Source of the DNA: an uncultured Bdellovibrionales bacterium
Lineage (GTDB): Bacteria; Myxococcota; XYA12-FULL-58-9; JASMKV01
Reading direction: 5' to 3'
NCBI GenBank assembly: GCA_964013445.1
Contig: CAXGWX010000002.1
Span: 1 to 61,618, forward strand
Length of the DNA: 61,618 bases
In this document: piece by piece, positions 34,391 through 43,748 of the stretch
Layout: each line of letters begins with the position of its first letter
Position numbering within the stretch: position 1 is the first letter of the stretch
Made by a program: the position numbers and the translations under genes
Notes under the pieces: model-generated
What the model was told of the DNA's origin: nothing
Database searches by the model: none
What the model saw: the letters and a program-made list of their open reading frames with translations, nothing else

Positions 34391-35839
34391 TTAATAAGAT
34401 TTTGCAAAAAGCACACGTTGTTTCGAGGGCTCTCCACTGATCATACATTTTCCCGGCTCTTTGTCGATATCCAAGGGAATGCAACGAATTGTCGCTTTTG
34501 TTTCTTCCTTAATTTGTGCCTCAGTTTCGGCCGCGCCGTTCCAATGGGCATAGACAAAACGACTGTTTTGTCCTGCAAAAACTTCCTTAAAATCTTCATA
34601 GCTGTCGACCTCAAGAGTGGCTTCTTGGCGCCGTTGTTTTGCCCGCTCAAAGAGCTCGGTCTGGAAATTTGCGAGATAAGTTTCGACATGTTGCGCAAGC
34701 CCATCCATGCTCAATGAGTTTTTCTCGCTGTCCAGGCGACCTTTCATCATAGCTTGATTTTTCTCAAGGTCGCGTGGCCCTATTTCAAGGCGCATGGGTG
34801 TGCCTTTTTGCTCCCATTCGAAGTATTTGTATCCCGGTTTGTAATCCCGCTTATCACAAACCGCATTGATACCGGCTTTTTTGAGATCGGCGGCGATGTT
34901 GTCGCAAGCGCTAAGAATCTGGTTTTCATCGCAATTCTTAGCCAAGATGGGAATGATGGCAACGTGAATTGGTGCAAGTTTTGGCGGCAGGACCAGTCCG
35001 TTGTCATCTGAGTGGGTCATAATTAGTCCGCCAATGAGGCGTGTGGATACACCCCAGCTGGTTTGCCAAACATATTCGCTTTCACCTTTTTCATTTTGAA
35101 AGGTGACATCAAAAGCTTTACCAAAATTTTGCCCAAGATCGTGGCTTGTACCGGCCTGTAAGGCTTTACCGTCTTGCATCATGGCTTCGATGGAATAAGT
35201 CTCGAGGGCGCCAGCAAAGCGTTCGGAGGCAGTTTTTTCTCCACAAACAACTGGCATGGCCATCCAATCTTCGGCAAATTCAGCGTAAATACGCAGCATA
35301 CGTTGAACTTCTTCCTTTGCTTCTTCGTGGCTTGCATGGGCGGTATGGCCCTCCTGCCAGAGAAATTCACTGGTGCGCAAAAACATTCGAGTGCGTAATT
35401 CCCAACGCATAACGTTTGCCCACTGGTTAATTAAAAGTGGAAGATCGCGATAGCTTTCGATCCAGCGCTGAAAGAAATGACCGATAATTGTTTCACTGGT
35501 GGGGCGAATGACGTAAGGCTCTTCAAGTTCTTTCCCGCCGGCATGGGTTACAACAGCCAATTCAGGAGAGAACCCATCAACATGCTCCGCCTCTTTTTTA
35601 ATAAAGCTTTCGGGGATGAGCAGGGGAAAGTAAGCGTTCTGATGTCCGGTTTCTTTGAACATATCATCGAGCCCACGTTGAATTTTCTCCCAAATTGCAA
35701 AACCGTGTGGCTTGATGACCATAGAGCCCTTAACGACCTCAGCCGGCTCGGCCAAATCACCTTGGCGAATGACATCAAGATACCAGCGAGAATAATCTTC
35801 GCTGCGTGGTGTAATGCGTGCGGCGGATTTGTCAGACAT
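34391..35839 (-). CDS. proS: Proline--tRNA ligase (archaeal/eukaryote-like type)
   Basis: 482 aa. The N-terminus is [43 protein letters not shown]. It has a class II core and a C-terminal domain ending in Tyr (LFAKSY). Confidence 0.95.
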   Translation of the reverse strand: MSDKSAARITPRSEDYSRWYLDVIRQGDLAEPAEVVKGSMVIKPHGFAIWEKIQRGLDDMFKETGHQNAYFPLLIPESFIKKEAEHVDGFSPELAVVTHAGGKELEEPYVIRPTSETIIGHFFQRWIESYRDLPLLINQWANVMRWELRTRMFLRTSEFLWQEGHTAHASHEEAKEEVQRMLRIYAEFAEDWMAMPVVCGEKTASERFAGALETYSIEAMMQDGKALQAGTSHDLGQNFGKAFDVTFQNEKGESEYVWQTSWGVSTRLIGGLIMTHSDDNGLVLPPKLAPIHVAIIPILAKNCDENQILSACDNIAADLKKAGINAVCDKRDYKPGYKYFEWEQKGTPMRLEIGPRDLEKNQAMMKGRLDSEKNSLSMDGLAQHVETYLANFQTELFERAKQRRQEATLEVDSYEDFKEVFAGQNSRFVYAHWNGAAETEAQIKEETKATIRCIPLDIDKEPGKCMISGEPSKQRVLFAKSY

Positions 35840-36050
35840 CTAAAAATACCCTTTTCCTAAGTTATTTAAGGGACTTTTTACCTGTTTTTTGACAACTGTA
35901 AACCTTAAGTTTTGCTCTTATGTACTTTTAAGATCCTTTTATCCCCGTAAATATATGGGCTTTTTTGGCTAAAGGCTTGACAAAATCGTGGCGAAAAGGT
36001 TTTAGGAGCCAGAAGTTCACACGATGTGGACTCTTTGCAGGAGAAGAAAA

Positions 36051-36194
36051 GTGGCATCTTTAGGTAAAGCCCATAAGGTACGCAAAAAACTCAAGCGGAA
36101 AAAAGCGGGTAAAAAACGCAAATTGCAGATTGCTAAAGAGGGATCAACGCCAACCAAAGAAGCGGTGTTTGGTACCAAATCTGCAGCTTCCTAA
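36051..36194 (+). CDS. Candidate small, highly basic protein (47 aa), not in the ORF track
   Basis: GTG 36051 is preceded by AGGAG (36039-43) at 7-nt spacing. The translation is MASLGKAHKVRKKLKRKKAGKKRKLQIAKEGSTPTKEAVFGTKSAAS, with 16 of 47 residues K or R. An in-frame ATG at 36024 is an alternative start. It lies in an otherwise empty 420-bp gap. Confidence 0.35.
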   Translation: MASLGKAHKVRKKLKRKKAGKKRKLQIAKEGSTPTKEAVFGTKSAAS

Positions 36195-36261
36195 CACCAG
36201 TTGGATAAGCTCTTGAGGATCTGAATCGGTAGCGCAAACGGTGATAGCGCAACGGTTTGGT

Positions 36262-38382
36262 TTAGCCTTTTGCAGCCAGCACTGTTTCTGCAAGCAAAAA
36301 CAACCATAGTCCCAGCAGCAGAAGAGATGACCAGGAGCGCTGGCTTGATGGGCTCTTGTCCTTAAAATCATGGGCGCCAAGCTCCATCCCAAGTGTGTTT
36401 TGCTCTGTTCCAAGCTCTTCTAAGATTTGATTTGGATTGATTGGGTTAAAGTTTGACTCAGAAAGAGAAGGGTTCACTGCAATGTTATAATTTGCAGCCT
36501 TTCTCCACTCGCCCACATATTGTTCGGATTCGTAGTGTCCGATTTCTTGTAGATTGGAGATTAAGACTGCTTCTTGCGCGGCGCTGCTGAATTTCTTTTC
36601 AAGACGTTCCCCAGAAGGTGCAACCAGGGCTATACCTGAGGATTCTGTGGGCAAATGCATTTGTACGGTTTCATCAATGCGAATTTGCGGTGGGACAGAG
36701 GTTTCCATGGCCTTTCCCAGATATCGAAGGCATTTTTGGATGAGCACCGGGAATACGGTGCGCAGAGCGAGATCGCTTAAGTCCAGATCGATTGATGTGG
36801 TGAGCAGTAGTGTACGCCCGGCGTGGGTATGCTTTCCTTCGATAAGTGCAGGGGCTTCGTTGTCGAAGCTTAAGAGCGCGCGTATATTTTGAATGGAGCC
36901 AATTTCGGTATGAAAGTGGCCTTGGGTTTTTGCCGCTTTTAGAGAGATGATTGCTGCATCGTCCATTTGTGCAAATATTGGATGGGCATCGGCTGCGCCT
37001 TGTATTTGCAGTGGTTCTTTGTGGTCAGAAGCATCTATTTTATAAAGATCACGAATGGGGTGGGGAAGCATATTCTTAAAAGTGGCATTAAAGGTTTCAA
37101 ATTGTATTTTTTCTCCCATTGAAAAGAAAACGCCTCCTCCTCCTTGAAAATATTTCTCAAGCTTTCTGATGAAGGGAGCAGGCAATGAATCTACATTGGC
37201 AATCATTACAACATCAAATTTCTCCAAATCGTGGTTGATAAGGCTATGATCTTCATGATCGGTGACTCGTAAATTGATAGCTGGGTCACCTATGGGAATG
37301 GCCGCGATTGCTTTTTCAACAAAAAAGAGTTCGTCCTCAATGGGGACATTTCTCTGATCACCATTGATGGCAAGAACATTAAGAGGTTTATAAATGTGAA
37401 CGAAGAATCTTAGTTCATTATCGATTGGAAATCCGGTGTCGCAACTTTCATTGAGTTTTAAAGAACCCCGAAAAATGCCAGGGTTTTTAAAGTAGTGCGT
37501 GAAGGTTAGAGTTGTTGACTGCTCTCCTTCCAGATCAACAAAGCTTTGCTGAGTTAATTCATCGTCGATAAATAGTGTTACCTTGCACTGGGTGATTGCA
37601 GCTGAACCATAGTTTTGAACCTCCAGAAGGAATTTTCTTTCCAGATCGCTTGTGGCGGAGGGCTCTATCGTAAAACCGGTAAGGGCTATGTTTGGTAAGG
37701 CTCTGAGCTGGTTTCTGTTGGCAGCATCAATTAAGCTAATTTTAGGTGCAGGTTTTACGGAAATTTGCGGCAAAAGTTCGAGTGAATTCTTACTTAAATC
37801 CCCAATCACAGCTATCATTGCATCTTTACCCGTTTCGTCCAAAAGATAAAGCGCTTGCTCGATAGTAGAGTTTAGATTTCCTTCTTGCCGAATTTCTGCT
37901 TGTCTAATTTGTTGTTTAATCTGTGAGAAATCTGAGTCCAGGCTGGCTTCGGTAGCCCGTCCACTTTCGAGAAAGGCGACAAGATCTCCCGGCTGTAGAT
38001 GGGAGAGAAGTTCGAGTGCATGTTCTTTGCCCTGTTCAAGCAAGGAATCACCTTTATGAGTATAGGACATTGATGGAGAGGTATCGAGAACGATAATGAG
38101 ACGCTGTTGCGAGTCACCTGAATGGACGAGCGCTTCTTGAGGTACTGGTCGGGCGAGGGCAAAGGTTAGACATAAAATTGCCAAACAGCGCAGAAGCAGG
38201 AGCAGGAATTGACGTAGCTTTTCTCTGCGGGCTAATCGTTTATTGACAGAAAGCAAAAAATCAAAAGCCGCAAAGTCAAGAATGGGCGCTTTTTTCTTGC
38301 CGATAAGGTGGATAATGAGCGGCAATGTGATGCCGATAAGCCCCAAAAGAAGCCATGGATGGAGAAAGGCTATCTGTGACAT
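36262..38382 (-). CDS. BatA-like N-terminal double-TM / von Willebrand factor A domain membrane protein
   Basis: N-terminus FLHPWLLLGLIGITLPLIIHL...(second TM) is typical of the aerotolerance BatA N-terminal domain. The MIDAS motif is LDTSPSMS. There is a C-terminal TM anchor. 706 aa. Confidence 0.7.
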   Translation of the reverse strand: MSQIAFLHPWLLLGLIGITLPLIIHLIGKKKAPILDFAAFDFLLSVNKRLARREKLRQFLLLLLRCLAILCLTFALARPVPQEALVHSGDSQQRLIIVLDTSPSMSYTHKGDSLLEQGKEHALELLSHLQPGDLVAFLESGRATEASLDSDFSQIKQQIRQAEIRQEGNLNSTIEQALYLLDETGKDAMIAVIGDLSKNSLELLPQISVKPAPKISLIDAANRNQLRALPNIALTGFTIEPSATSDLERKFLLEVQNYGSAAITQCKVTLFIDDELTQQSFVDLEGEQSTTLTFTHYFKNPGIFRGSLKLNESCDTGFPIDNELRFFVHIYKPLNVLAINGDQRNVPIEDELFFVEKAIAAIPIGDPAINLRVTDHEDHSLINHDLEKFDVVMIANVDSLPAPFIRKLEKYFQGGGGVFFSMGEKIQFETFNATFKNMLPHPIRDLYKIDASDHKEPLQIQGAADAHPIFAQMDDAAIISLKAAKTQGHFHTEIGSIQNIRALLSFDNEAPALIEGKHTHAGRTLLLTTSIDLDLSDLALRTVFPVLIQKCLRYLGKAMETSVPPQIRIDETVQMHLPTESSGIALVAPSGERLEKKFSSAAQEAVLISNLQEIGHYESEQYVGEWRKAANYNIAVNPSLSESNFNPINPNQILEELGTEQNTLGMELGAHDFKDKSPSSQRSWSSLLLLGLWLFLLAETVLAAKG

Positions 38383-38405
38383 GTGCTTAGAGGGGGAGTT
38401 CTATG

Positions 38406-39347
38406 TTATTTCATCCTGGTTAATGGCTTCAGGTAGTCTGACTCTGTGGACAGTATGAGTGTGGATTTTTCATCCAAAGTGTCTTCATAGCTTTCCAGGC
38501 TTTTTAGCAGTTTATAGAGTTGCGGATCCTGGTTGTGTGCGGCGGCATAGATACTGGTCGCTTTTGCATCAGCATCACCTTTGATGTGCTGGACGTTTTT
38601 GTATGCTTCCGACTCAATTTTCTGTAACTCTTTTTGCTTCATTCCCAGGATTTTGGCGCTTTGTCCTTCACCTTCTGAGCGATAACGTTCTGCGATACGA
38701 TTACGCTCTGATATCATTCTCTCGAAAACCTTGTTTTTGACGCTGTCTGTGTAGCTTACTCTTTGGAACTGTATATCGACCAGCTCCACACCGTAATCAG
38801 GCATTGCGGTGGCCGCTTTCTCTAGGATCATTTGGGTAAGCTTTGTTCGTCCCATTTGAATTTTTCCAAATCCTTTCGATTCAGATTTTCCCTGGACTGA
38901 CTCAAGATCTGCCGCTTTCGCAAACTCCCTGTTCGATGAACGCACAACTTCAATTAAGTTGTGTGCGGCAATAACGTTGCGGGTTTCACTGTCGATAATG
39001 TCGTCAAGCCTTGATTGTGCACCGCTTTCATCAATGACGCTGGTGAAGAATTTAAGCGGGTCAATAATTCTCCATCGTGCAAAGGTATCAACCCAGATAT
39101 AGGTTTTTTCTTGCGTGGGCATCTCTTCCGCTTCGCCGTCCCACTCGAGCCAGCGCTTATCAAAACGATGCACTTTCTGAACGAATGGAAGGTGCCAGTG
39201 GAGTCCGGGGCTTGTAATTGGATCTCCTATGGGTTTACCGAACTGTGTGATGATCACTTGTTCGACTTCAGAGACTGTATAGGCGGATGAAAAGAGAGTG
39301 AAAACTGCCAGACCAATAATAATACCGAGAGAATTATTTGATTTCAT
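38406..39347 (-). CDS. hflC: SPFH/band-7 protease modulator HflC
   Basis: N-terminal TM plus SPFH domain. It is the second gene of an hflK-hflC pair and overlaps hflK by 1 nt. Confidence 0.85.
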   Translation of the reverse strand: MKSNNSLGIIIGLAVFTLFSSAYTVSEVEQVIITQFGKPIGDPITSPGLHWHLPFVQKVHRFDKRWLEWDGEAEEMPTQEKTYIWVDTFARWRIIDPLKFFTSVIDESGAQSRLDDIIDSETRNVIAAHNLIEVVRSSNREFAKAADLESVQGKSESKGFGKIQMGRTKLTQMILEKAATAMPDYGVELVDIQFQRVSYTDSVKNKVFERMISERNRIAERYRSEGEGQSAKILGMKQKELQKIESEAYKNVQHIKGDADAKATSIYAAAHNQDPQLYKLLKSLESYEDTLDEKSTLILSTESDYLKPLTRMK

Positions 39348-40345
39348 TATTTGTTCTCCCCTTTAAGGTTGAGCAAGGGCATAAAGTTTTTCACATTAGA
39401 ATCGATAAAAACTTTTCTTTCGCTACGCTGAATTGTTTCTCCTAATGCTTCAAGATAAAGCCTGGTTCGTGTAACCTCTGGTGCTTTACGGTATTCGCTG
39501 TAGAGAGCACTGAATCGTTTTGCATCCCCCTCGGCTTTGTTGATGCGGGCAATGGCGTAACCTTCCGCTTCTTGTATTTGTTGCTCCGCTTGTCCTTTCG
39601 CATTTGGGATTACTTTGTTGTACTGGGCCCAGGCAACGTTAATAAATCTCTCACGTTCCTGTTTTGCCTCCTCGACAGCTCTTAGAGCAGGCTTTACTGG
39701 GTCGGGCGCGTTTACATCCTGGAGTTTGACATGTTGGATTTTTATGCCCGTATCGTATTGTTTGTTTAATTCAATTAATAATTTTTTTCCTTCGCGCTCG
39801 ACGTTTTCCCGACCTCCGGTGAGAAGTTCGTCAATAGAGTGGTCACCGACCACGGTTCTCATCGTAGCTTCCGCCATAAGCCTTAGGGTTGCTTCAATGT
39901 CTCTAAAGTTGAAAAGGTATTTTTCCGGGCTTGCAATTTTATATTGAACAATCCATTCGACGGTGCCGACATTAAGGTCACCGGTGAGCATTTCGGCTTC
40001 GGTGCGTGATTGCTTGGTTCGTTGAAATTCTGACTGTACTCCGGCCCGAAGGGTCCTGAATCCAAACTCCATTTTAAGCTGGCGTTGAATGGGGACTTTG
40101 ATCACTCTATCGACGCCAAAGGGCAGACGAAAATGGGCACCGGGCTTGGTTGTATCAATATGTTTGCCAAATCTAAGAACCATACCCACTTCGTCCGGTT
40201 GGATTTGATAGAAGGATGAAATTATGCTGATGGCGGCCACGGCGATGGCAATCAAGGTGGCGGACTGCCGTCTCTTCTTTTTTGCCCACCTCTTGAGTTC
40301 TTCTATTTGTTGTTCATTATTGCCGAATGGATCAAAGCTACTCAT
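39347..40345 (-). CDS. hflK: SPFH/band-7 protease modulator HflK
   Basis: N-terminal extension, TM, SPFH domain, and a C-terminal coiled coil (AEGYAIARINKAEGDAKRF). It is the first gene of the pair. Confidence 0.85.
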   Translation of the reverse strand: MSSFDPFGNNEQQIEELKRWAKKKRRQSATLIAIAVAAISIISSFYQIQPDEVGMVLRFGKHIDTTKPGAHFRLPFGVDRVIKVPIQRQLKMEFGFRTLRAGVQSEFQRTKQSRTEAEMLTGDLNVGTVEWIVQYKIASPEKYLFNFRDIEATLRLMAEATMRTVVGDHSIDELLTGGRENVEREGKKLLIELNKQYDTGIKIQHVKLQDVNAPDPVKPALRAVEEAKQERERFINVAWAQYNKVIPNAKGQAEQQIQEAEGYAIARINKAEGDAKRFSALYSEYRKAPEVTRTRLYLEALGETIQRSERKVFIDSNVKNFMPLLNLKGENK

Positions 40346-40415
40346 GGGTTAACCTTTCATTTTGGAGAGTCACCATAACGTTATGTGTGTGGCTGGAGGG
40401 TAGGATGTTCATGTT

Positions 40416-41450
40416 TTATGCACTCGCTCTGTCGTATTGATGGACCGTATCGATCACAAAGCGAACATTCTCAGGAGGAGTTTCCGGAAGCACGCCATGC
40501 CCTAAATTAAAGATATAGCCAGGCAGCCCACGGGCCTCCTCAAGGATATTCTCAACCTGCTTCTTGATGACACTTTGTGAGCAATAGAGCATGCAGGGGT
40601 CCAGGTTACCCATCAGGGTGATGTCATCCCCGATGGCGTTTCTCACCTCTTTAATTGAAGTGGTCCAGTCGACGCCGAGAACATCGGCTCCAAGCTTGCT
40701 TAAGTGTGAATAGTGTTGGCTTACATTTCTTGCAAAATAGATGACAGGTACGCCTTCGCCTTTCAGTGCGGAAATGACTTTTTGCGCGTAGTTGAATCCG
40801 AGTTCGTGAATATGAGTGTAGGTGATTTCGCTGACAGAGGTGTCAAAGAGCTGTATGGCGTCGCAGCCTGCAGCGATTTGCGCCTTGGCGTGTGCAATGA
40901 GAGCAAGAGATAACTTTTCGAGTAAAGCTTCGAGTGTTTTGGGGTCATCATAGGCCAAGGCCTTAAATTTACGCCATTGCCTGTCAGGTTTTCCTTCAAC
41001 CATATAGGCGGCCATGGTTAAGGGGGCGCCGATGAAGCCAATGAGTGATTTTTCCTGTGGGAGTCCGGCGCGGGTATTCTTGATACCTTGCAAAAGAAAA
41101 GGCACCTTTTCTGCCGGATTGTAGATTTCCAGTGCATCGATATCATTCAATTGCCGTATTGGCTGCGCAAATCTAGGCCCGGGTGCGAACTCCAGGTCCA
41201 TGCCCATGGCCCAAGACGGCAGGGTAATGTCACTAAAGATAATGGCGGCATCCGCATTGAGATCCAAAGCGGCTTTTAATGTAACGTTGGCGATGAGTTC
41301 GGGATCGGTGCAAATCCCCCAAAAACCGACTTTCTCCTTAATTTCGCGATAACTTTGTTGATATCGACCAGCCTGTCGCATGAGCCACGCAGGGATGTGT
41401 GCGTCGTTGCGCCCATAGCAGGCCTTGATGAATGTCGTTTCTGGAGCCAT
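40416..41450 (-). CDS. hemE: Uroporphyrinogen decarboxylase
   Basis: PAWLMRQAGRY signature near the N-terminus, with family-typical length from ATG 41450. The ORF track extends to 41513. Confidence 0.9.
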   Translation of the reverse strand: MAPETTFIKACYGRNDAHIPAWLMRQAGRYQQSYREIKEKVGFWGICTDPELIANVTLKAALDLNADAAIIFSDITLPSWAMGMDLEFAPGPRFAQPIRQLNDIDALEIYNPAEKVPFLLQGIKNTRAGLPQEKSLIGFIGAPLTMAAYMVEGKPDRQWRKFKALAYDDPKTLEALLEKLSLALIAHAKAQIAAGCDAIQLFDTSVSEITYTHIHELGFNYAQKVISALKGEGVPVIYFARNVSQHYSHLSKLGADVLGVDWTTSIKEVRNAIGDDITLMGNLDPCMLYCSQSVIKKQVENILEEARGLPGYIFNLGHGVLPETPPENVRFVIDTVHQYDRASA

Positions 41451-41538
41451 TTTAGTCTTTGCTACGAGCGGGAATCTAGCCTTGGAGCATTGGGAGTGCA
41501 ATAGGTAGAACACTCTATTTGAGCTTTTTCGTTTTAAC

Positions 41539-41566
41539 TTGAGCTTTGATAAAAAAGGGTTATAAA
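41539..41566 (+). promoter_or_regulatory. Candidate sigma70-type promoter for bamD (TTGAGC-16-TATAAA)
   Basis: TTGAGC lies at 41539-44, followed by a 16-nt spacer and TATAAA at 41561-66. The hexamer ends 7 nt before the GTG start at 41574. There is no SD in between. Confidence 0.3.
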
Positions 41567-41573
41567 TGACGGC

Positions 41574-42332
41574 GTGCGTTATCTAAGAATACTTTCGTTT
41601 TTGGGCCTGCTGGCAGGTTGTGGAGCTACAGTTCAGAATACGGCCAGCGATCCTGCTGAAAATCGCTACGAGCAGTCCATTCGTGAGCTGGACTTAGGCA
41701 TGTTTAGTGAGGCCATCGCCGGTTTTAGCGAAGTAAAGACAAAATATCCCTATTCACCTTTTGCAGCCTTGGCGGATTTAAGGTTAGGGGATGCCTATTT
41801 CGATCAAGCCAAATATATCGAGTCCATTGATGCCTATCGAAATTTCTTGCGCTTTCATCCTAACCATAAAGATTCGGATTTTGCATTACTGCGGATTGCG
41901 GAATGTTATTTTGAAAAGATGCCCAGCGATTGGTGGCTTTTACCGCCGAGCGAAGAAAAAGATCAGGATGCAACGAAACAAGCTCTTCGGGCTTATCGGG
42001 AAATGTTAAATGCCTATCCCAATTCCAAGTATGCGGAAAAAGCTAAGGAAAAGGTCCGTGTGTGTCGAACAAAGCTGGCCAGCCATGAGCTTTATGTTGC
42101 ACATTTTTATTTTAAGAAAAATGCCTATAGGGCAACTAAAATGCGTCTGGATTATTTACTGACAAATTTTTCAGGCTTGGGCCTTGATCAGGAAGCTTTG
42201 TGGATGCTCGCGAGAATTCAAAATAGCGAGGAAAACCCACAGGGCTTAAGTCGCACCCTTGAAAAGATTATCGCAATAGATCCAAAGTCGAAGTTTGCAG
42301 ATAAAGCAAAAGCGCTACAGAAAAGTCTTTAA
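41574..42332 (+). CDS. bamD: Outer membrane protein assembly factor BamD (TPR lipoprotein)
   Basis: Lipoprotein signal MRYLRILSFLGLLAGC with a GTG start. TPR units include ...KYPYSPFAALADLRLGDAYF... and ...YPNSKYAEKAKEKV... 252 aa. Confidence 0.8.
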   Translation: MRYLRILSFLGLLAGCGATVQNTASDPAENRYEQSIRELDLGMFSEAIAGFSEVKTKYPYSPFAALADLRLGDAYFDQAKYIESIDAYRNFLRFHPNHKDSDFALLRIAECYFEKMPSDWWLLPPSEEKDQDATKQALRAYREMLNAYPNSKYAEKAKEKVRVCRTKLASHELYVAHFYFKKNAYRATKMRLDYLLTNFSGLGLDQEALWMLARIQNSEENPQGLSRTLEKIIAIDPKSKFADKAKALQKSL

Positions 42333-42350
42333 GCTTAAAGGGGGGATTAG

Positions 42351-43277
42351 ATGACGATAGAAAAAGGTTGTACCTTCATTTTTGGTCCTCATGAAGGACT
42401 TGAGTTTGAATTGCCAAAATCGGGTCAGTGGTTGATAGGCCGGGATTCTGATTCAGAACTGTATCTGGAAGATGACCTCATTTCTCGCCAACATGTAAAG
42501 TTAGAATTCGCAGCCGACTCCATAGAGTTGATGGATTTAGGTTCAACCAATGGTACTTTCGTTAATGGGTCTCGTGTGCGGCAATGTGTTCTGGAATGTG
42601 GAGACTACATTGTTGTCGGTAAGCATATGTTAAAGATTGTCGCTAAGGAAAGTCTGAGTAAGTCAGGCATAGGGGTAAATACACCAGCCTTGATTAGGCA
42701 GTTTCTTTCCCAAGGCAAGGCAGGAGCAGAGTTGGCTAGAAATGCGGATTTAAGTGCCGTACCGTTAACCGGACTGGTTCAGCTTCTTGGGGTGGTTAAG
42801 TTTACGGGCAATGCTTTGGTGCAAGGGAATGCTCGAGCAACGCTCAGCTTCGAGTCAGGACAGCTTTTGAGTGCAACAATTAATGATGAACTGCATCTTA
42901 ACCCAGAGCAGTCCTTGGAGAAGATTCTGCGCTGGACGGATGGGCATGTCGAATTGGTCGAGCTTCAGGCTGATGAGAAACAGAGCGAGCATTTTAAAGA
43001 GACTACTGAGAAACTGGTTGAGCAGCTTGTTGTTGAGCAGAAAAAAGCACAAGAGTTGTGGGCAGGGTTACCGGAAGCGGACAAGGCACTTGCGATTAGC
43101 CAGCCGCTGCCGCTAAGGCTTTCTGAACTGTCGGGGTCAGAATTAGATGTTTTTCAATATGCTCACGATTATGGTGTTATAGGCAAAATGCTCGAGCGTA
43201 GTTCGCTTAAGGAATATGATTTCTTAGAGGCGCTGAAGTTCCTGCTTGAAAAAGGTGTGCTAAAGCTGAGCACTTAG
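42351..43277 (+). CDS. FHA domain plus DUF4388-like domain protein
   Basis: N-terminal FHA (IGRDSDSELYLEDDLISRQHVKL...GSTNGTFVNG). The middle segment LTGLVQLLGVVKFTGNALVQG...LSFESGQLLSA fits the DUF4388/PATAN-N pattern. SD GGGGGGA. Confidence 0.75.
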   Translation: MTIEKGCTFIFGPHEGLEFELPKSGQWLIGRDSDSELYLEDDLISRQHVKLEFAADSIELMDLGSTNGTFVNGSRVRQCVLECGDYIVVGKHMLKIVAKESLSKSGIGVNTPALIRQFLSQGKAGAELARNADLSAVPLTGLVQLLGVVKFTGNALVQGNARATLSFESGQLLSATINDELHLNPEQSLEKILRWTDGHVELVELQADEKQSEHFKETTEKLVEQLVVEQKKAQELWAGLPEADKALAISQPLPLRLSELSGSELDVFQYAHDYGVIGKMLERSSLKEYDFLEALKFLLEKGVLKLST

Positions 43278-43283
43278 ACTTAT

Positions 43284-43748
43284 CTAGTTTTTGAATATTT
43301 TGTTTGTGTCAGGCACACCCATAAATGAAAAATATATTCGAATGTCGTCATCCAGAGCAATTTCTTTGAGGTGTGCGGCCAGTTTCTTGGCTTCTCGACC
43401 GCTGAGCTTTTCAAACTTGGTCAGGTCAGCTTCTGTTAATCCGTTGTTGTGTGGAATTTCCAAATAATCAAGGGCGTGGGCAAGAAGATCTCTTTTGGAA
43501 AGCAACCAAGCACGCAGGATTTCTTCGCACAATTCGTCGTCAGGAGCTTCATTCAAAATACCAAAGAGTTGTTCAATGCGAACGCGCATTTTTTCACCAG
43601 GCTTCATAAATCCACTTCCGCCACCTTTGGCGCGTATCGCATGTCTCTTAAAGTAAGCTTCTTTTGCTTGGCGTGGGCTAGCGTTGACAATCTCTGTGAA
43701 CTTTTCAAAGCCAGCGCTAATCAGAATTGAGGCATAATTACTCATCAA
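43284..43748 (-). CDS. Hypothetical protein (154 aa) translationally coupled to prkA
   Basis: The start overlaps the prkA stop by 4 nt. It is predicted helical and soluble, with no motif I recognise. Confidence 0.5.
   Translation of the reverse strand: MMSNYASILISAGFEKFTEIVNASPRQAKEAYFKRHAIRAKGGGSGFMKPGEKMRVRIEQLFGILNEAPDDELCEEILRAWLLSKRDLLAHALDYLEIPHNNGLTEADLTKFEKLSGREAKKLAAHLKEIALDDDIRIYFSFMGVPDTNKIFKN

Noticed and set aside
35941-35970. GGGC followed by a T6 run, resembling a terminator tail, in the proS upstream region
   Set aside because: Only a ~3-bp stem can be formed (CCC...GGG), and the orientation does not follow any gene's 3' end.
36144-36413. 89-aa minus-strand ORF overlapping the 3' end of the BatA-like gene and the small basic ORF
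   Set aside because: It is in a different frame from the 706-aa gene over most of its length, with no start signals. The plus-strand 47-aa ORF with a strong SD is a better explanation for the 36051-36194 segment.
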